64,000 bases of DNA from a bacterium (lineage in GTDB: Archaea; Thermoproteota; Nitrososphaeria; Nitrososphaerales; Gagatemarchaeaceae), in NCBI GenBank assembly GCA_027310575.1, contig DAIDAO010000056.1, positions 31,881 to 95,880 on the forward strand, written 5' to 3'. Shown here in pieces: positions 9,485 through 18,758 of this stretch. The position numbers were made by a program, and so were the translations under genes. Positions within the stretch are counted from its first letter, which is position 1. The number at the start of each line of letters is the position of its first letter. A model generated the notes under the pieces. That model was not told the DNA's origin. It saw only the letters and a program-made list of their open reading frames with translations, and ran no database searches.

Positions 9485-10474
9485 ATGCCAGGCCGGAAGG
9501 CGATCGAGATGGGGGAGGGCACGATACTCGTCTCGCTCCCGAAGGAGTGGGTGAGGAAGAACGGCATCAAGAAAGGAGACACCCTGTCCGTCGACGAGCT
9601 GTCGGCCAGGAAGCTCGTCGTGAGACCCTACGAAGGGGGGGACGAAGAGAAGAAACAGATCGCAATCGAGTATCCGCAGGACGACTTCAGCCAGGTGGCC
9701 AACGACGTGACCGGGGCGTACCTGCTCGGCTACGACATCATCAGGGTGGTCGGGAACAGGGTGATATCGAGGGAGGACAGGTCCGGGATCAAGGCGACGA
9801 TGAGGAGGCTGGTAGGGCTGGAGATAATGGACGAAGACTCGAAGAAGATGACCCTGCAGTTCCTCCTTGAGCCGACGGCGATAGTCCCGGCGCAGATAGT
9901 GATGAGGATGTCCGGCCTCCTCGACGGGATGCTGAAGGACGTCGCCGAAGCCCTTTCGAAGGGCGACCCCAAGCTCCTCGCTCTCGTTGCTGAGCGGGAC
10001 GACGAGGTGGACAGGCTCTACTTCCTCCTAGTGAGGGCCACCAGGACCGCGATCGTCAGGCCCGACATGGCCGAGGGGTACGGGCTCTCCCCCGTGGACC
10101 TGCTCGACTACCGCGTGCTCGCGAGCTTCCTTGAGAGCATAGGCGATGCGCTGAGCGAGCTCTCGCAGAAGCTGCAGAAGGTGCTCGGAGTGAAGGGCGT
10201 CGCAAAGGAGTACGCTGCGTGCGTCACGACGCTCAAGGGGATGAACGACCTCGCGACCCAGGGGTTCGTCTCAAGGAGGGCGGGGCGGCCGCGGACCATA
10301 AGCAAGCAGGTCAGGGCACTCGCGCAGGAGGTGTCTGACGGACTCGCAGGCATCGCGAAGACGCCTTCCGGGGACGGCGCGAACACAGCGGAGACGCTGG
10401 CCTCGCTCGACCAGGTGAGCAAGCTGCTGGTAGACGTGTCGGACCTCGCGGTCATCACCCAGCAGATTTCGTGA
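9485..10474 (+). CDS. AbrB/SpoVT-domain plus PhoU-domain regulator (archaeal PhoU homolog)
   Basis: ATG at 9485. It has an N-terminal AbrB-like segment, SLPKEWVRKNGIKKGDTL. The C-terminal helical repeats with DDEVDRLYF are PhoU-like. Confidence 0.7.
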   Translation: MPGRKAIEMGEGTILVSLPKEWVRKNGIKKGDTLSVDELSARKLVVRPYEGGDEEKKQIAIEYPQDDFSQVANDVTGAYLLGYDIIRVVGNRVISREDRSGIKATMRRLVGLEIMDEDSKKMTLQFLLEPTAIVPAQIVMRMSGLLDGMLKDVAEALSKGDPKLLALVAERDDEVDRLYFLLVRATRTAIVRPDMAEGYGLSPVDLLDYRVLASFLESIGDALSELSQKLQKVLGVKGVAKEYAACVTTLKGMNDLATQGFVSRRAGRPRTISKQVRALAQEVSDGLAGIAKTPSGDGANTAETLASLDQVSKLLVDVSDLAVITQQIS

Positions 10475-10491
10475 GAGCGTCCCCTCGCAAC

Positions 10492-10502
10492 GCTTAATTA
10501 CG
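10492..10502 (+). promoter_or_regulatory. TATA-like box upstream of pyrG
   Basis: GCTTAATTACG lies 20-30 nt upstream of ATG 10522. Similar CTTAA-type boxes occur at comparable distances before other genes. Confidence 0.4.
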
Positions 10503-10521
10503 AACTGCCCCTCGCTGGAAT

Positions 10522-12162
10522 ATGCCGAAGTTCCTCTTTGTGACCGGAGGCGTGATGTCGGGCCTCGGGAAGGGGATAACAACATCCTCCGTGGCCAAGC
10601 TCCTCCAGCTCTCCGGCGTAGAGGTAACCTCCCTGAAGATAGACCCGTATCTGAACTTCGACGCCGGGACGATGAACCCCTACACCCACGGGGAGGTCTT
10701 CGTGACGGACGACGGCGGGGAGACGGACATGGACCTCGGCAACTACGAGCGGTTCCTGAACAGGGACATGACGAAGGCCAACAACATCACCACGGGCCAG
10801 ATCTACAAGAAGGTGATCGACGACGAGAGGAGGGGGAGGTTCCTAGGCAAGTCCGTGCAGATCATCCCCCACGTCACAGACGAGATCAAGCGGAGGATAA
10901 GGGAGCTGGCCGAGGCGGAGAAGGTGGACGTCCTAGTCGTGGAGTGCGGCGGAACGGTCGGGGACATCGAGAGCCTCCCGTTCCTGGAGGCGTTCAGGCA
11001 GATGAGGATGGAGGAGGGTCCGTCGAAGACCCTCTTTCTCCACGTGAGCCTGGCCCCCGAGCTGTCTGTGGTCGGGGAGATGAAGACGAAGCCCACCCAG
11101 CACAGCGTGCAGGAGATGAGGAGGATCGGGCTTCAGCCGGACATCATAGTGATCAGGGGGACGAGAGTGCTCCCCCAGGAGACGAAGGAGAAGGTCTCTC
11201 TCTTCACCAGCGTCCCCGTCGAGAGCGTCATCTCTGACCCGGACGTGGAGTCGATCTATCAGGTCCCGCGCCTGCTCGAGAGGGAGGGGATACTGAAGCC
11301 GATAAGGAAGCAGCTCGGGCTGCGGACGAAGCTGGACATGCGGAGCTGGAACGCGGTCGCAGACCGCTTCGTGGACCACGAGGCCACTGTGAGGATCGCA
11401 ATGGTCGGGAAGTACGCCAACCTGGCAGACAGCTATGTGAGCGTGAACCAGGCGCTGTCCCACGCTGCGGCTGTGAACGGGGCGAACGTCAGGATATCGT
11501 GGATCGAATCTGAGGAGCTCGAGAAGGACACGTCGAGGCTGCAGCTGATGCAGGCTTACGACGGGGTCGTCCTGCCGCAGGGATTCGGGAGCAGGGGGAT
11601 CGAGGGGAAGATAGCGGCTGCCAACGAGGCGAGGGCGTCCGGGATCCCGTTCCTCGGGCTCTGCTACGGGTTCCAGCTCGCGAGCGTCTCCTTCGCCAGG
11701 CACGTGCTCGGGCTGAAGGACGCGAACACGACCGAGGCCGACCCGCAGACGCAACACCCGATCATCGACCTCCTCCCCGAGCAGCGCCAGGTCTCAGACC
11801 TCGGCGGGACCATGAGGCTGGGGGGGCACGACGTCTTCATCAAGAAGCCCAGCCGTGCGTACGAGATCTACAGGACAGACAAGATCAGGGAGAGGCACAG
11901 GCACAGGTTCGAGTTCAACCAGAAGTATCTGGAGAGGTTCGAACAGAAGGGGATGCGGTACACCGCGTTCAGCGACAACGGGAGGAGGGCCGAGATAATG
12001 GAGCTGGAGGGGCACCCGTTCTACATGGCGACCCAGTACCACCCGGAGTACATCAGCAGGCCGGAGAAGCCCGAACCGATCTACGTCGCCTTCGTGGAGG
12101 CGTGCGTCAGGCGCGCCCGCCAGGCGAGGCCGCCGGAGAAGGTCAGGACGCTAGTGCGCTGA
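10522..12162 (+). CDS. pyrG: CTP synthase
   Basis: 546 aa. It has the N-terminal motif [12 protein letters not shown] and the glutaminase motif GLCYGFQ. Confidence 0.95.
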   Translation: MPKFLFVTGGVMSGLGKGITTSSVAKLLQLSGVEVTSLKIDPYLNFDAGTMNPYTHGEVFVTDDGGETDMDLGNYERFLNRDMTKANNITTGQIYKKVIDDERRGRFLGKSVQIIPHVTDEIKRRIRELAEAEKVDVLVVECGGTVGDIESLPFLEAFRQMRMEEGPSKTLFLHVSLAPELSVVGEMKTKPTQHSVQEMRRIGLQPDIIVIRGTRVLPQETKEKVSLFTSVPVESVISDPDVESIYQVPRLLEREGILKPIRKQLGLRTKLDMRSWNAVADRFVDHEATVRIAMVGKYANLADSYVSVNQALSHAAAVNGANVRISWIESEELEKDTSRLQLMQAYDGVVLPQGFGSRGIEGKIAAANEARASGIPFLGLCYGFQLASVSFARHVLGLKDANTTEADPQTQHPIIDLLPEQRQVSDLGGTMRLGGHDVFIKKPSRAYEIYRTDKIRERHRHRFEFNQKYLERFEQKGMRYTAFSDNGRRAEIMELEGHPFYMATQYHPEYISRPEKPEPIYVAFVEACVRRARQARPPEKVRTLVR

Positions 12163-13092
12163 GTAGGCCGTCGCCAGCTTCAGCGCACTGTCGACCACCT
12201 CGGTGGCGCTCTTCCCGAAGAGGTAGACGTTGGGCTCGATCCCCCGCCCGCCATGGTCGGCGACCGCGTCGAACGCGGCCCTGACCTCTGCCAGCCTGCG
12301 CGCCAGGGCGTCGACGGTGGAGTCCCTCGCCTCTGACTCGGAGTGGTCCTCGATCTCAAGGGTCTTCAGACCGAGCTTCTTCAGCGCAGCGGCCATCCTG
12401 CTGTCGTATCGCAGGTTGATCGCCGCCCGGTAGTCCTTCCTCCGCGTCCGCACGAGCAGCAGCATATTCGCCATGTGCCCTGAAGCGCCGAACTCGGGTT
12501 GCCGCGTGGCCTTGGCCGAGTCCCTGACCTTCACTATCCTCCCGGGTATGGCTACCACGTCCTCGGGGAGGCCTGAGTCCCCTGAGACGCATGCGAGGTT
12601 CACCGAGACCTCTGGCATCACCCTGACGAACGCCGCCGACGACTCGATCGCTTTCACCGCCTGCGCCACCTCAGAGAGCGCATCGCCCCCCTTGTCGCTG
12701 TGATTCCCGTACGCCCTCATGCAGACGTCGCAGTTCTCCAGGGAAGGGTATGACCGCCTGTGGGCGTCGCACGCGAGCCCCCTGCCGAGGATGCTCAGCC
12801 ATATGCTCCCCAGGGTCTCCACCGCATACGCGGCGCTCCTTTTCGCATCGTCTGCCAAGAGCGCAGCGTACCTGTCCGCCTCCTCCTTCGATATGTGGAG
12901 AGCGCCCATCGAGGAGTAGGCCTTGCCAGGGCTCGAAGAGAGGTAGAGGCTCACGGACGCCTGGGTGACGCCGAGGACCGAAGCGATCCTGCTCTGGGAG
13001 AATCCCTGCCTGCGGAGCTCCCTTGCAACCAGCAGCCTGACAGAAGGGAGGAACTCCTCCACCATCAGCTCGTCGGGGGGCTGCAACGGCAT
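12151..13092 (-). CDS. thiR: HTH plus ThiN-domain protein (ThiR-like thiamine regulator / ThiN family)
   Basis: ATG at 13092 (CAT confirmed). It has an N-terminal HTH (RIASVLGVTQASVSLYL). The C-terminal segment MPEVSVNLA...AIPGRIV...FGASGHMA matches the ThiN fold as I recall it. It is divergent from thiT. Confidence 0.7.
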   Translation of the reverse strand: MPLQPPDELMVEEFLPSVRLLVARELRRQGFSQSRIASVLGVTQASVSLYLSSSPGKAYSSMGALHISKEEADRYAALLADDAKRSAAYAVETLGSIWLSILGRGLACDAHRRSYPSLENCDVCMRAYGNHSDKGGDALSEVAQAVKAIESSAAFVRVMPEVSVNLACVSGDSGLPEDVVAIPGRIVKVRDSAKATRQPEFGASGHMANMLLLVRTRRKDYRAAINLRYDSRMAAALKKLGLKTLEIEDHSESEARDSTVDALARRLAEVRAAFDAVADHGGRGIEPNVYLFGKSATEVVDSALKLATAYSAH

Positions 13093-13120
13093 AAGTCGTT
13101 TATTAGGTGGTTTATAAGTC
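13091..13120. promoter_or_regulatory. divergent thiR/thiT promoter region with direct repeat ATAAGTC
   Basis: ATAAGTC occurs at 13091-13097 and 13114-13120, flanking GTTTATTAGGTGGTTT. The TTTATAA box lies 24-33 nt upstream of the thiT TTG start. This is a candidate ThiR operator. Confidence 0.3.
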
Positions 13121-13141
13121 TGGGAACGGGGCCTCTTCTCG

Positions 13142-13747
13142 TTGACAGGCGCTGGGAGCGGAGAGGCGGGAAGGACGGAGATTGGGTCGAAAGGGACGCC
13201 GCGGGCCAGAATCCTGGCAGAGTCGGCTGTGATGATCGCTCTTGCGACAGTCCTCAACTCGATTAAGATCTTCACATTCCCGGAAGGGGGATCGATCACC
13301 CTCGGCGCCATGATTCCGCTCCTGCTCCTTTCGCTCAGGAGAGGGGCGAAGGTGGGGATGGCAGCGGGCGCCGTCTTCGGGATCATCGACGTCTACTTCG
13401 AGCCGTTCGTCTACAACCCCGCCCAGTTCCTGCTCGACTACCCGTTCGCATTCGGCGCTCTGGGGCTGGCCGGGCTGCTCAGAGGGAGGACGACCGGGAA
13501 GCCGGAGGCCAAGGGGATGGCCCCTGCCCTCTGGTCAGTCGCAGCCGTCGCGCTCGGGATAACTGGAAGGTTCGTCAGCCACTTCTTCTCAGGGCTGATC
13601 TTCTTCGCGAGCTACGCCCCGGCGGGCGAGAGCCCAGTCCTCTACTCCGCAGTCTACAACGCGAGCTACCTTCTGCCCGAGCTGGTCATAAGCGCGTTCG
13701 TGATGTTCATCCTGGTCAGCCGGGGAATCAATAAGGTGCGTCTGTAG
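13142..13747 (+). CDS. thiT: ThiT/YuaJ-like thiamine transporter (ECF S-component type)
   Basis: About 200 aa and 6 TM. IPLLLLSLRRGAKVGMAAGAVFGII closely parallels the ThiT motif IPILLLSLRRG. The TTG start is supported by the TATA spacing, with alternatives at GTG 13229 and ATG 13232. Confidence 0.7.
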   Translation: MTGAGSGEAGRTEIGSKGTPRARILAESAVMIALATVLNSIKIFTFPEGGSITLGAMIPLLLLSLRRGAKVGMAAGAVFGIIDVYFEPFVYNPAQFLLDYPFAFGALGLAGLLRGRTTGKPEAKGMAPALWSVAAVALGITGRFVSHFFSGLIFFASYAPAGESPVLYSAVYNASYLLPELVISAFVMFILVSRGINKVRL

Positions 13748-13757
13748 GAGGGGGAGG

Positions 13758-14831
13758 GTGCCACCGCGGAGCCGCGAGTCCAGGCAGACGCTCGGAAAGG
13801 CGGCCCCGGGCGTGATGGACAGGTCCGTCTACCCGAACCTGGGAGAGAAGCGAGAAGCAGTCCTCGTCGGCCCTGGCAGGGGGCTGGACAATGCGGCGAT
13901 CTCACTCCCTGATGGCGGGGTGATGATACTGACCGTGGACCCCGTCTCGATGATACCTGCTGTGGGCGCCAGGACGTCAGCCTGGTTGAGCGTGCACCTG
14001 ATCGCTTCAGACATCACTGCCTCCGGGGTCGACCCCGAATTCGCGGCTTTCAGCTACAACTTCCCCCCGGAGGTGTCCGCCGCACAGAGAGACGCCTACC
14101 TGCGCTCGGTGGGGGACGAGTGCAAGAGGCTCGGCATAGCGATCGTCGGCGGGAACACCGGGTCTTACCCCGGGAGCGGGTTCACGGTCATCGGCGCCGG
14201 GACCATGCTCGGCACGTCGCAGGAGGGCGCGTTCGTGACCCCTGCCATGGCGATGCCCGGGGACTCCATCCTGATGACGAAGCATGCCGCCATCGAGGCC
14301 ACAGCGTCCCTGGCCTCCTCCTTTCCAGGACTCGTGGCCGGGGAGGTGGGAGACAGTGCAGCGGCCAGGGCTCGGGCGATGCTGAAGCTCTGCACCACGG
14401 TAGGTGATGCGCAGGCCGCGCGGAGGGTGGGCCTCGGCACGGAGGGCATAACGTCCATGCATGACGCGACCGAAGGAGGGATCCTCGGGGCACTGGACGA
14501 GATGTCCTCGGCGTCGGGGAGGGCGTTCGCGGTAGATCCCGGGAAGATCCCCGTCTCGAGCGAGGCTGCGTCGGTCTGTAGCCTCTTCGGTCTGAACCCC
14601 TTGGAGACCATGAGCGAAGGCGCACTGCTGATCACCTGCAGGCCGCAGAGGGTCGAGGAGCTCCTGAAGACCATGAGGCGCGGGGGGGGCCCCGTCACCC
14701 TGATCGGCAGTGTGGGCAGGGGACACGGCCTGCTGCTCAGCGGGCGTGACGGCCGGGCGAGGGCCTTCCGCCCCGGACCCGACGGGTACTGGGGAGCCTA
14801 CGAGCGCGCTTCGAGCAGCGGCTCGGCGTAG
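13758..14831 (+). CDS. PurM-fold 'AIR synthase-related' ATP-binding protein (HypE/ThiL-like)
   Basis: 357 aa. It has VGPGRGLDNAAI...TVDPV and GGNTG motifs of the PurM superfamily. It starts 10 nt after thiT. Start is GTG 13758 or ATG 13815. Confidence 0.65.
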   Translation: MPPRSRESRQTLGKAAPGVMDRSVYPNLGEKREAVLVGPGRGLDNAAISLPDGGVMILTVDPVSMIPAVGARTSAWLSVHLIASDITASGVDPEFAAFSYNFPPEVSAAQRDAYLRSVGDECKRLGIAIVGGNTGSYPGSGFTVIGAGTMLGTSQEGAFVTPAMAMPGDSILMTKHAAIEATASLASSFPGLVAGEVGDSAAARARAMLKLCTTVGDAQAARRVGLGTEGITSMHDATEGGILGALDEMSSASGRAFAVDPGKIPVSSEAASVCSLFGLNPLETMSEGALLITCRPQRVEELLKTMRRGGGPVTLIGSVGRGHGLLLSGRDGRARAFRPGPDGYWGAYERASSSGSA

Positions 14832-14897
14832 GTCCGCCGACCGCCGGGCGGCCGCTCCATTTGATATATCATCGACGGCCGAGCGCAGGACCAGGGG

Positions 14898-15785
14898 ATG
14901 TCGACAGTAGAGAACGCGGCGAGGGCCCTGAAGTCCCTGAAGGACGAGGAATGGAGGACCCTTGCGGGGCTGGAGCGCGCGTCGAGCGGGTCCGGGACGC
15001 CGGACATGGGGAGGCTCTCCAGGATGAGCCGCCTCCCTCTGGAGCGGGTCCGGTTCGCTACGGACGCGCTCGAGAAGAAGGGGCTGGCTGCCCGCCGAGG
15101 CCATGGGTACGTGCTGACCAGGGAGGGCGTGGAGGTGATGGCCCTCAAGGACTACGTGAAGAAGGACCTGATCTTCGCTCTGGGCGCGGCGATAGCGAAA
15201 GGGAAGGAGTCGGACGTGTATGAAGCGCTCACGGAGGAGGGGACCGCCTATGCGCTCAAGTTCTACAAGATAGGGAGGACGAGCTTCACGAGCGTCAGGA
15301 AGAAGAGGGTCAGGGAGCAGGCGGAATTCCGGAGCTGGATGACGGCCAACTACGACGCGGCGAGGAGGGAGTACGACGCCCTGCGGAAGCTTCAGGGGCT
15401 GTCCCCCGCATTCCCGAGGGCGGTCGCCTACAGCAGGAGCACTGTCCTTCTTGAGGAGCTCTCAGGGGTGAGGCTGTCAAACAGGCCGTACCTCGAAGAC
15501 CCGAGATCCGCGTTCCTGTCCATCGTAGAGTCCATGCGGACAGCCTACCTGAAGGCGAATCTGGTCAACGCCGACCTGAGCGAGTACAACGTGCTGACGG
15601 ACGGCGCGTCGGTCTGGCTGATCGACTGGCCGCAGGCGGTCGACGCCACCCACCCGAACCACTCGGAGCTGCTGATGCACGACGTGAGCGCGGTCGCGGC
15701 CTTCTTCAAGAGGGCGTACAGAGTGGGATCTGACCCCGGCGCGACCTTCCGGTACGTGAGCGGAGCCACGCAGCGGCTAGAATAG
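14898..15785 (+). CDS. rio2: RIO2-type atypical serine kinase with N-terminal winged helix
   Basis: 295 aa. It has GKESDVYEA, ALKFYKIGRTSF and DLSEYNVL...IDWPQ motifs. Confidence 0.85.
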   Translation: MSTVENAARALKSLKDEEWRTLAGLERASSGSGTPDMGRLSRMSRLPLERVRFATDALEKKGLAARRGHGYVLTREGVEVMALKDYVKKDLIFALGAAIAKGKESDVYEALTEEGTAYALKFYKIGRTSFTSVRKKRVREQAEFRSWMTANYDAARREYDALRKLQGLSPAFPRAVAYSRSTVLLEELSGVRLSNRPYLEDPRSAFLSIVESMRTAYLKANLVNADLSEYNVLTDGASVWLIDWPQAVDATHPNHSELLMHDVSAVAAFFKRAYRVGSDPGATFRYVSGATQRLE

Positions 15786-16988
15786 GTCGATCTTCTTCTG
15801 GAGGATGAGCCCGGTGACGCGCCTGATGTCGTCCAGGGAGCCGTCCATTATCGATCTGATGTCGCCCTCCACAGCGGAAAGCCTCGACCCGTCATCCATC
15901 ACCACGGCTGCGCTCGCTATCAGCGGCTGGTCGATGGGCCTGCCTATCCTGCTCAGAATCCTGACGTACGTCTCCTTCACGGTCGGGACCTTCTTCACGA
16001 TCTCGCGGGCCGTGAGCACCGCCAGAGCGTTCAGTATCTTGCCTGTGTGGTTCACAGGATTCTTCCCAGCCGTCGCCTCCATCGAGTACTGGCGCATGGG
16101 CGAGATGAGCCCGTTGACCCTGTTCCCCCTCCCAGTGTTGCCGTCGTCCCCCATCTCCGCGGACGTGCCTGTGACCGTCAGGTAGAACTCGCCGTGCTTG
16201 GGGTTGTCGGCGGCGTTCAGCTTGAAGTGGACGTCCAGCTTCGACTTCGAGGCGAGCTTCTCCAGCTCCTCTGTCACGTCGCCTATGACGCTGACGTAGT
16301 GGCTCGCGTCAGGGACCTTCGAGCTCACCATCGCAGCCGCGACCGTCATCTCGAGCTTCTTCCCCTGCCTGAGCCCCATCACCTTGACGTCTTCTCCCAC
16401 TTCCGGGTACTTGCCCTTGAATGCGCGAGAGTTGAGCAGCTTCTCCACAGAAAGCACGAGCTCCTCCGTGGGGGTGAGCGGGGCGTACCCCACGCCGATT
16501 GAAGTGTCGTTCGAGACAGGCATCTCTCCCTTCCTCATGAACACGGCTACAAGGTCCCGGGACCCCTGCTTGATCTTCGTGTCGATCGTCACGTGCCTGT
16601 CCGGGTCGAGGAACCGCATCGTTTCGCTGATGAACCCCCGTATCGACTGCTTGGCGATTTCGTCCACAGGGACGCTCACGTCCTTGCCGCCCAACGGGAC
16701 GACCTCAGTCGCTCGCCCGGCCACCATCAGGTAGATCGGAGACGTCACCTTCCCGCCCCCGAATCTGGGCTCCGACCTTCCGCCCACGAGTATTCCCTTG
16801 TCGACGTTGTGATGCAGGATCGCGTCGAAGTGCTTCAGATAGTACTCGCTGAGCCCGAGCGACACGGCCTCCGAAGCTCCGTCGATCAGGCTGTCAGGGT
16901 GCCCCTTGCCCTTGCGCTCGACGATTTCGACGTCGAGGTCTGCTACGCCGTGCCCCCTAATCTCCTCTACGTGGATGGACCTCGGCAC
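15777..16988 (-). CDS. archaeal-type S-adenosylmethionine synthetase
   Basis: 403 aa with a GTG start. ERKGKGHPDSLIDG and the overall archaeal MAT layout are present. Confidence 0.9.
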   Translation of the reverse strand: MPRSIHVEEIRGHGVADLDVEIVERKGKGHPDSLIDGASEAVSLGLSEYYLKHFDAILHHNVDKGILVGGRSEPRFGGGKVTSPIYLMVAGRATEVVPLGGKDVSVPVDEIAKQSIRGFISETMRFLDPDRHVTIDTKIKQGSRDLVAVFMRKGEMPVSNDTSIGVGYAPLTPTEELVLSVEKLLNSRAFKGKYPEVGEDVKVMGLRQGKKLEMTVAAAMVSSKVPDASHYVSVIGDVTEELEKLASKSKLDVHFKLNAADNPKHGEFYLTVTGTSAEMGDDGNTGRGNRVNGLISPMRQYSMEATAGKNPVNHTGKILNALAVLTAREIVKKVPTVKETYVRILSRIGRPIDQPLIASAAVVMDDGSRLSAVEGDIRSIMDGSLDDIRRVTGLILQKKIDLF

Positions 16989-17003
16989 CCGGCGGGCGGC
17001 CCC

Positions 17004-17255
17004 CTAGAGCCTGTCCTCTATCTTCACGTAGAGGACGTTGTTGCCGCGGATGACGACCTTGCCGTAGTTCGCCACCTTTGACCCGTTCTCGGTCTCTTCC
17101 GCGTCAACCAGTATCACGTTCATGTAAGGGTCGACGTTGGCCATCTTCCCCTTGTACTCGATCTCGTTCTTGAGCCTCACGCAGACCTGCTTGTTGGTGG
17201 CCTTCTGCAGCACGTTGAGGGGTCTCTTTGATTGCGTAGGGGCCTGCGGATTCAC
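17004..17255 (-). CDS. Sm-like (LSm/SmAP) protein
   Basis: It has the Sm1 motif (VRLKNEIEYKGKMANVDPYMNVIL) and the Sm2 motif (VVIRGNNVLYV). The GTG at 17255 is the first usable start codon in the frame. Confidence 0.8.
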   Translation of the reverse strand: MNPQAPTQSKRPLNVLQKATNKQVCVRLKNEIEYKGKMANVDPYMNVILVDAEETENGSKVANYGKVVIRGNNVLYVKIEDRL

Positions 17256-17335
17256 TTCAGAAACTTTCTCACGGGGCTTCGACTCACAGTTAAAAAGACA
17301 TCGGTGATGAAACGGATGAATCGGGAGCAGGGGGC

Positions 17336-18046
17336 ATGACCGTAGGCGCTGAAGAGACAGCCGACGCCGCAATCAGGCGGGTCTCGTCCTTCCCTGCGTT
17401 CGCGACCGGCTCCACCAGCTTCGACGCCCTTCTTGCAGGAGGATACAGGGCGGGGACGCTGACGCTGCTCTTCGGCCGGAGCAACAGCGGCAAGACCCAG
17501 CTCGCGATGCAGGCTGCGATGCTCTGTGCCAAGGGCGGGAGCCTTGCGCTCTTCGTCGACACGGAAGGGTCGTTCAGACCAGAGAGGGTCGAGGAGATCG
17601 CCGGGATGAGGGGGCTGGATGCGGCGGAGATACTCAGGAGGATCGTGTATCTCAGGTCCGACTCGGTCTCTGAACAGATGGACATCGTCCGCAACATGGC
17701 AGCCAGGGAGGAGACGGCGCAGTGTGGCCTGGTCGTGGTCGACACGCTGACCCGCAACTTCTCCGTCGAGCTCCCGGGGAGGGCGAACGTGTCCAGCAGG
17801 CAGGCCGCCCTGAACGTCCATCTCAGTGAGATGGCGAGGGACGCCTACCTGAACGGCAGGGCCTACCTGCTGACGAACAGGGTCACGTTCGGGAGCGACC
17901 ACGACGTCGGCATAGGCGGGAAGACAGTGGAGCAGCTCGTCGGCAGGACCGTGCTGCTGGAGAGGGACGGCTCAAGGGTGAGGGGCACTCTCATGGGCTC
18001 GGGGGAGCGCGCCGCGGCCGAGATGGGGAAGGCCGGCATCGACTGA
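17336..18046 (+). CDS. RecA-superfamily ATPase, RadA paralog (RadB/aRadC-like)
   Basis: 236 aa. Walker A is GRSNSGKTQ, and no N-terminal HhH domain is present. Confidence 0.7.
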   Translation: MTVGAEETADAAIRRVSSFPAFATGSTSFDALLAGGYRAGTLTLLFGRSNSGKTQLAMQAAMLCAKGGSLALFVDTEGSFRPERVEEIAGMRGLDAAEILRRIVYLRSDSVSEQMDIVRNMAAREETAQCGLVVVDTLTRNFSVELPGRANVSSRQAALNVHLSEMARDAYLNGRAYLLTNRVTFGSDHDVGIGGKTVEQLVGRTVLLERDGSRVRGTLMGSGERAAAEMGKAGID

Positions 18047-18112
18047 AAGTGACTGATTGTCCAACTATTTTGGGCCACGAGCTTAAGGAAGGTTAAATAT
18101 CGTATAGTCGGT

Positions 18113-18445
18113 GTGCTCGCGAAAGTCATGCAGGCAAGCATAGCGTCGATTCTCGATTCCTTGAAACGGTCCGACCTCGAGGAGGCGAAGCGGAAGATCC
18201 AGGCCCTGACCCCTGAGGTGAGGACGGAAAGGGAGCGCGGGGGGCTGCTGGCTGCGACCGGGATCTATGCCAGCATGTCGAGGGCGAAGGAAGGGACGAT
18301 GCAGACCTGGGACAGCGCGAGGATCGAGAGGGCGGCCAAGTCGATAACTGTCAGCCAGATGTCGGACGAGTTCGATATAGGGTACGCCGAGACGCTGCTG
18401 AACTACTCGAAGCTCACACTGAGTAGCCAGCAACCTGCAGGGTAA
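18113..18445 (+). CDS. hypothetical small soluble protein
   Basis: 110 aa. Start is GTG 18113 or ATG 18128. I recognise no family. The coding call rests only on ORF length and codon usage. Confidence 0.4.
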   Translation: MLAKVMQASIASILDSLKRSDLEEAKRKIQALTPEVRTERERGGLLAATGIYASMSRAKEGTMQTWDSARIERAAKSITVSQMSDEFDIGYAETLLNYSKLTLSSQQPAG

Positions 18446-18758
18446 AGAAGAGCATCCAAGTGAAAAGGAAGACTAGGACGAACCCGCCTACGCCCGTGCT
18501 GTAGACCTTCCCCTGCATCTCCCTCGGCATCCCGCGATACCAGGTGAAGAGCGCACCGTAGTACGTAAGCAGATAGACCCCGATGCCGATCGACACCCCT
18601 ATGGACCAGTCTGTGCCGACCGAGCTCTGGAGCAGCTGGGTGACAACACCGGCGATGGCTGCGGAACCCAGCCTCAACCAGTATAGCTTATCAAACGCAG
18701 CTGCCGGCTGAGGCTTCGTGGCCGAGCTATCTGGCTTCGAAGTCTTGGGGTTGCTCAA
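18414..18758 (-). CDS. small membrane protein (2-3 TM), family unknown
   Basis: Start is TTG at 18758, or an in-frame TTG at 18677. The hydrophobic segments are AAIAGVVTQLL, IGVSIGIGVYLLTYYGALF and GGFVLVFLFTWMLFF. If 18758 is used, the 5' end overlaps the NFACT start. Confidence 0.45.
   Translation of the reverse strand: MSNPKTSKPDSSATKPQPAAAFDKLYWLRLGSAAIAGVVTQLLQSSVGTDWSIGVSIGIGVYLLTYYGALFTWYRGMPREMQGKVYSTGVGGFVLVFLFTWMLFFTLQVAGYSV

Noticed and set aside
13093-13141. TPP riboswitch upstream of thiT
   Set aside because: The gap is only 49 nt and A/T-rich, with no conserved TPP-aptamer elements such as CUGAGA. Regulation by the adjacent ThiR-like protein is more plausible.
17303-17350. Possible C/D-box sRNA (GTGATGA ... 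CTGA) in the LSm/RadA-paralog intergenic region
   Set aside because: There is no credible D'/C' pair. Box spacing does not fit the 12-nt guide rule. The D-box candidate lies inside the RadA-paralog coding sequence.
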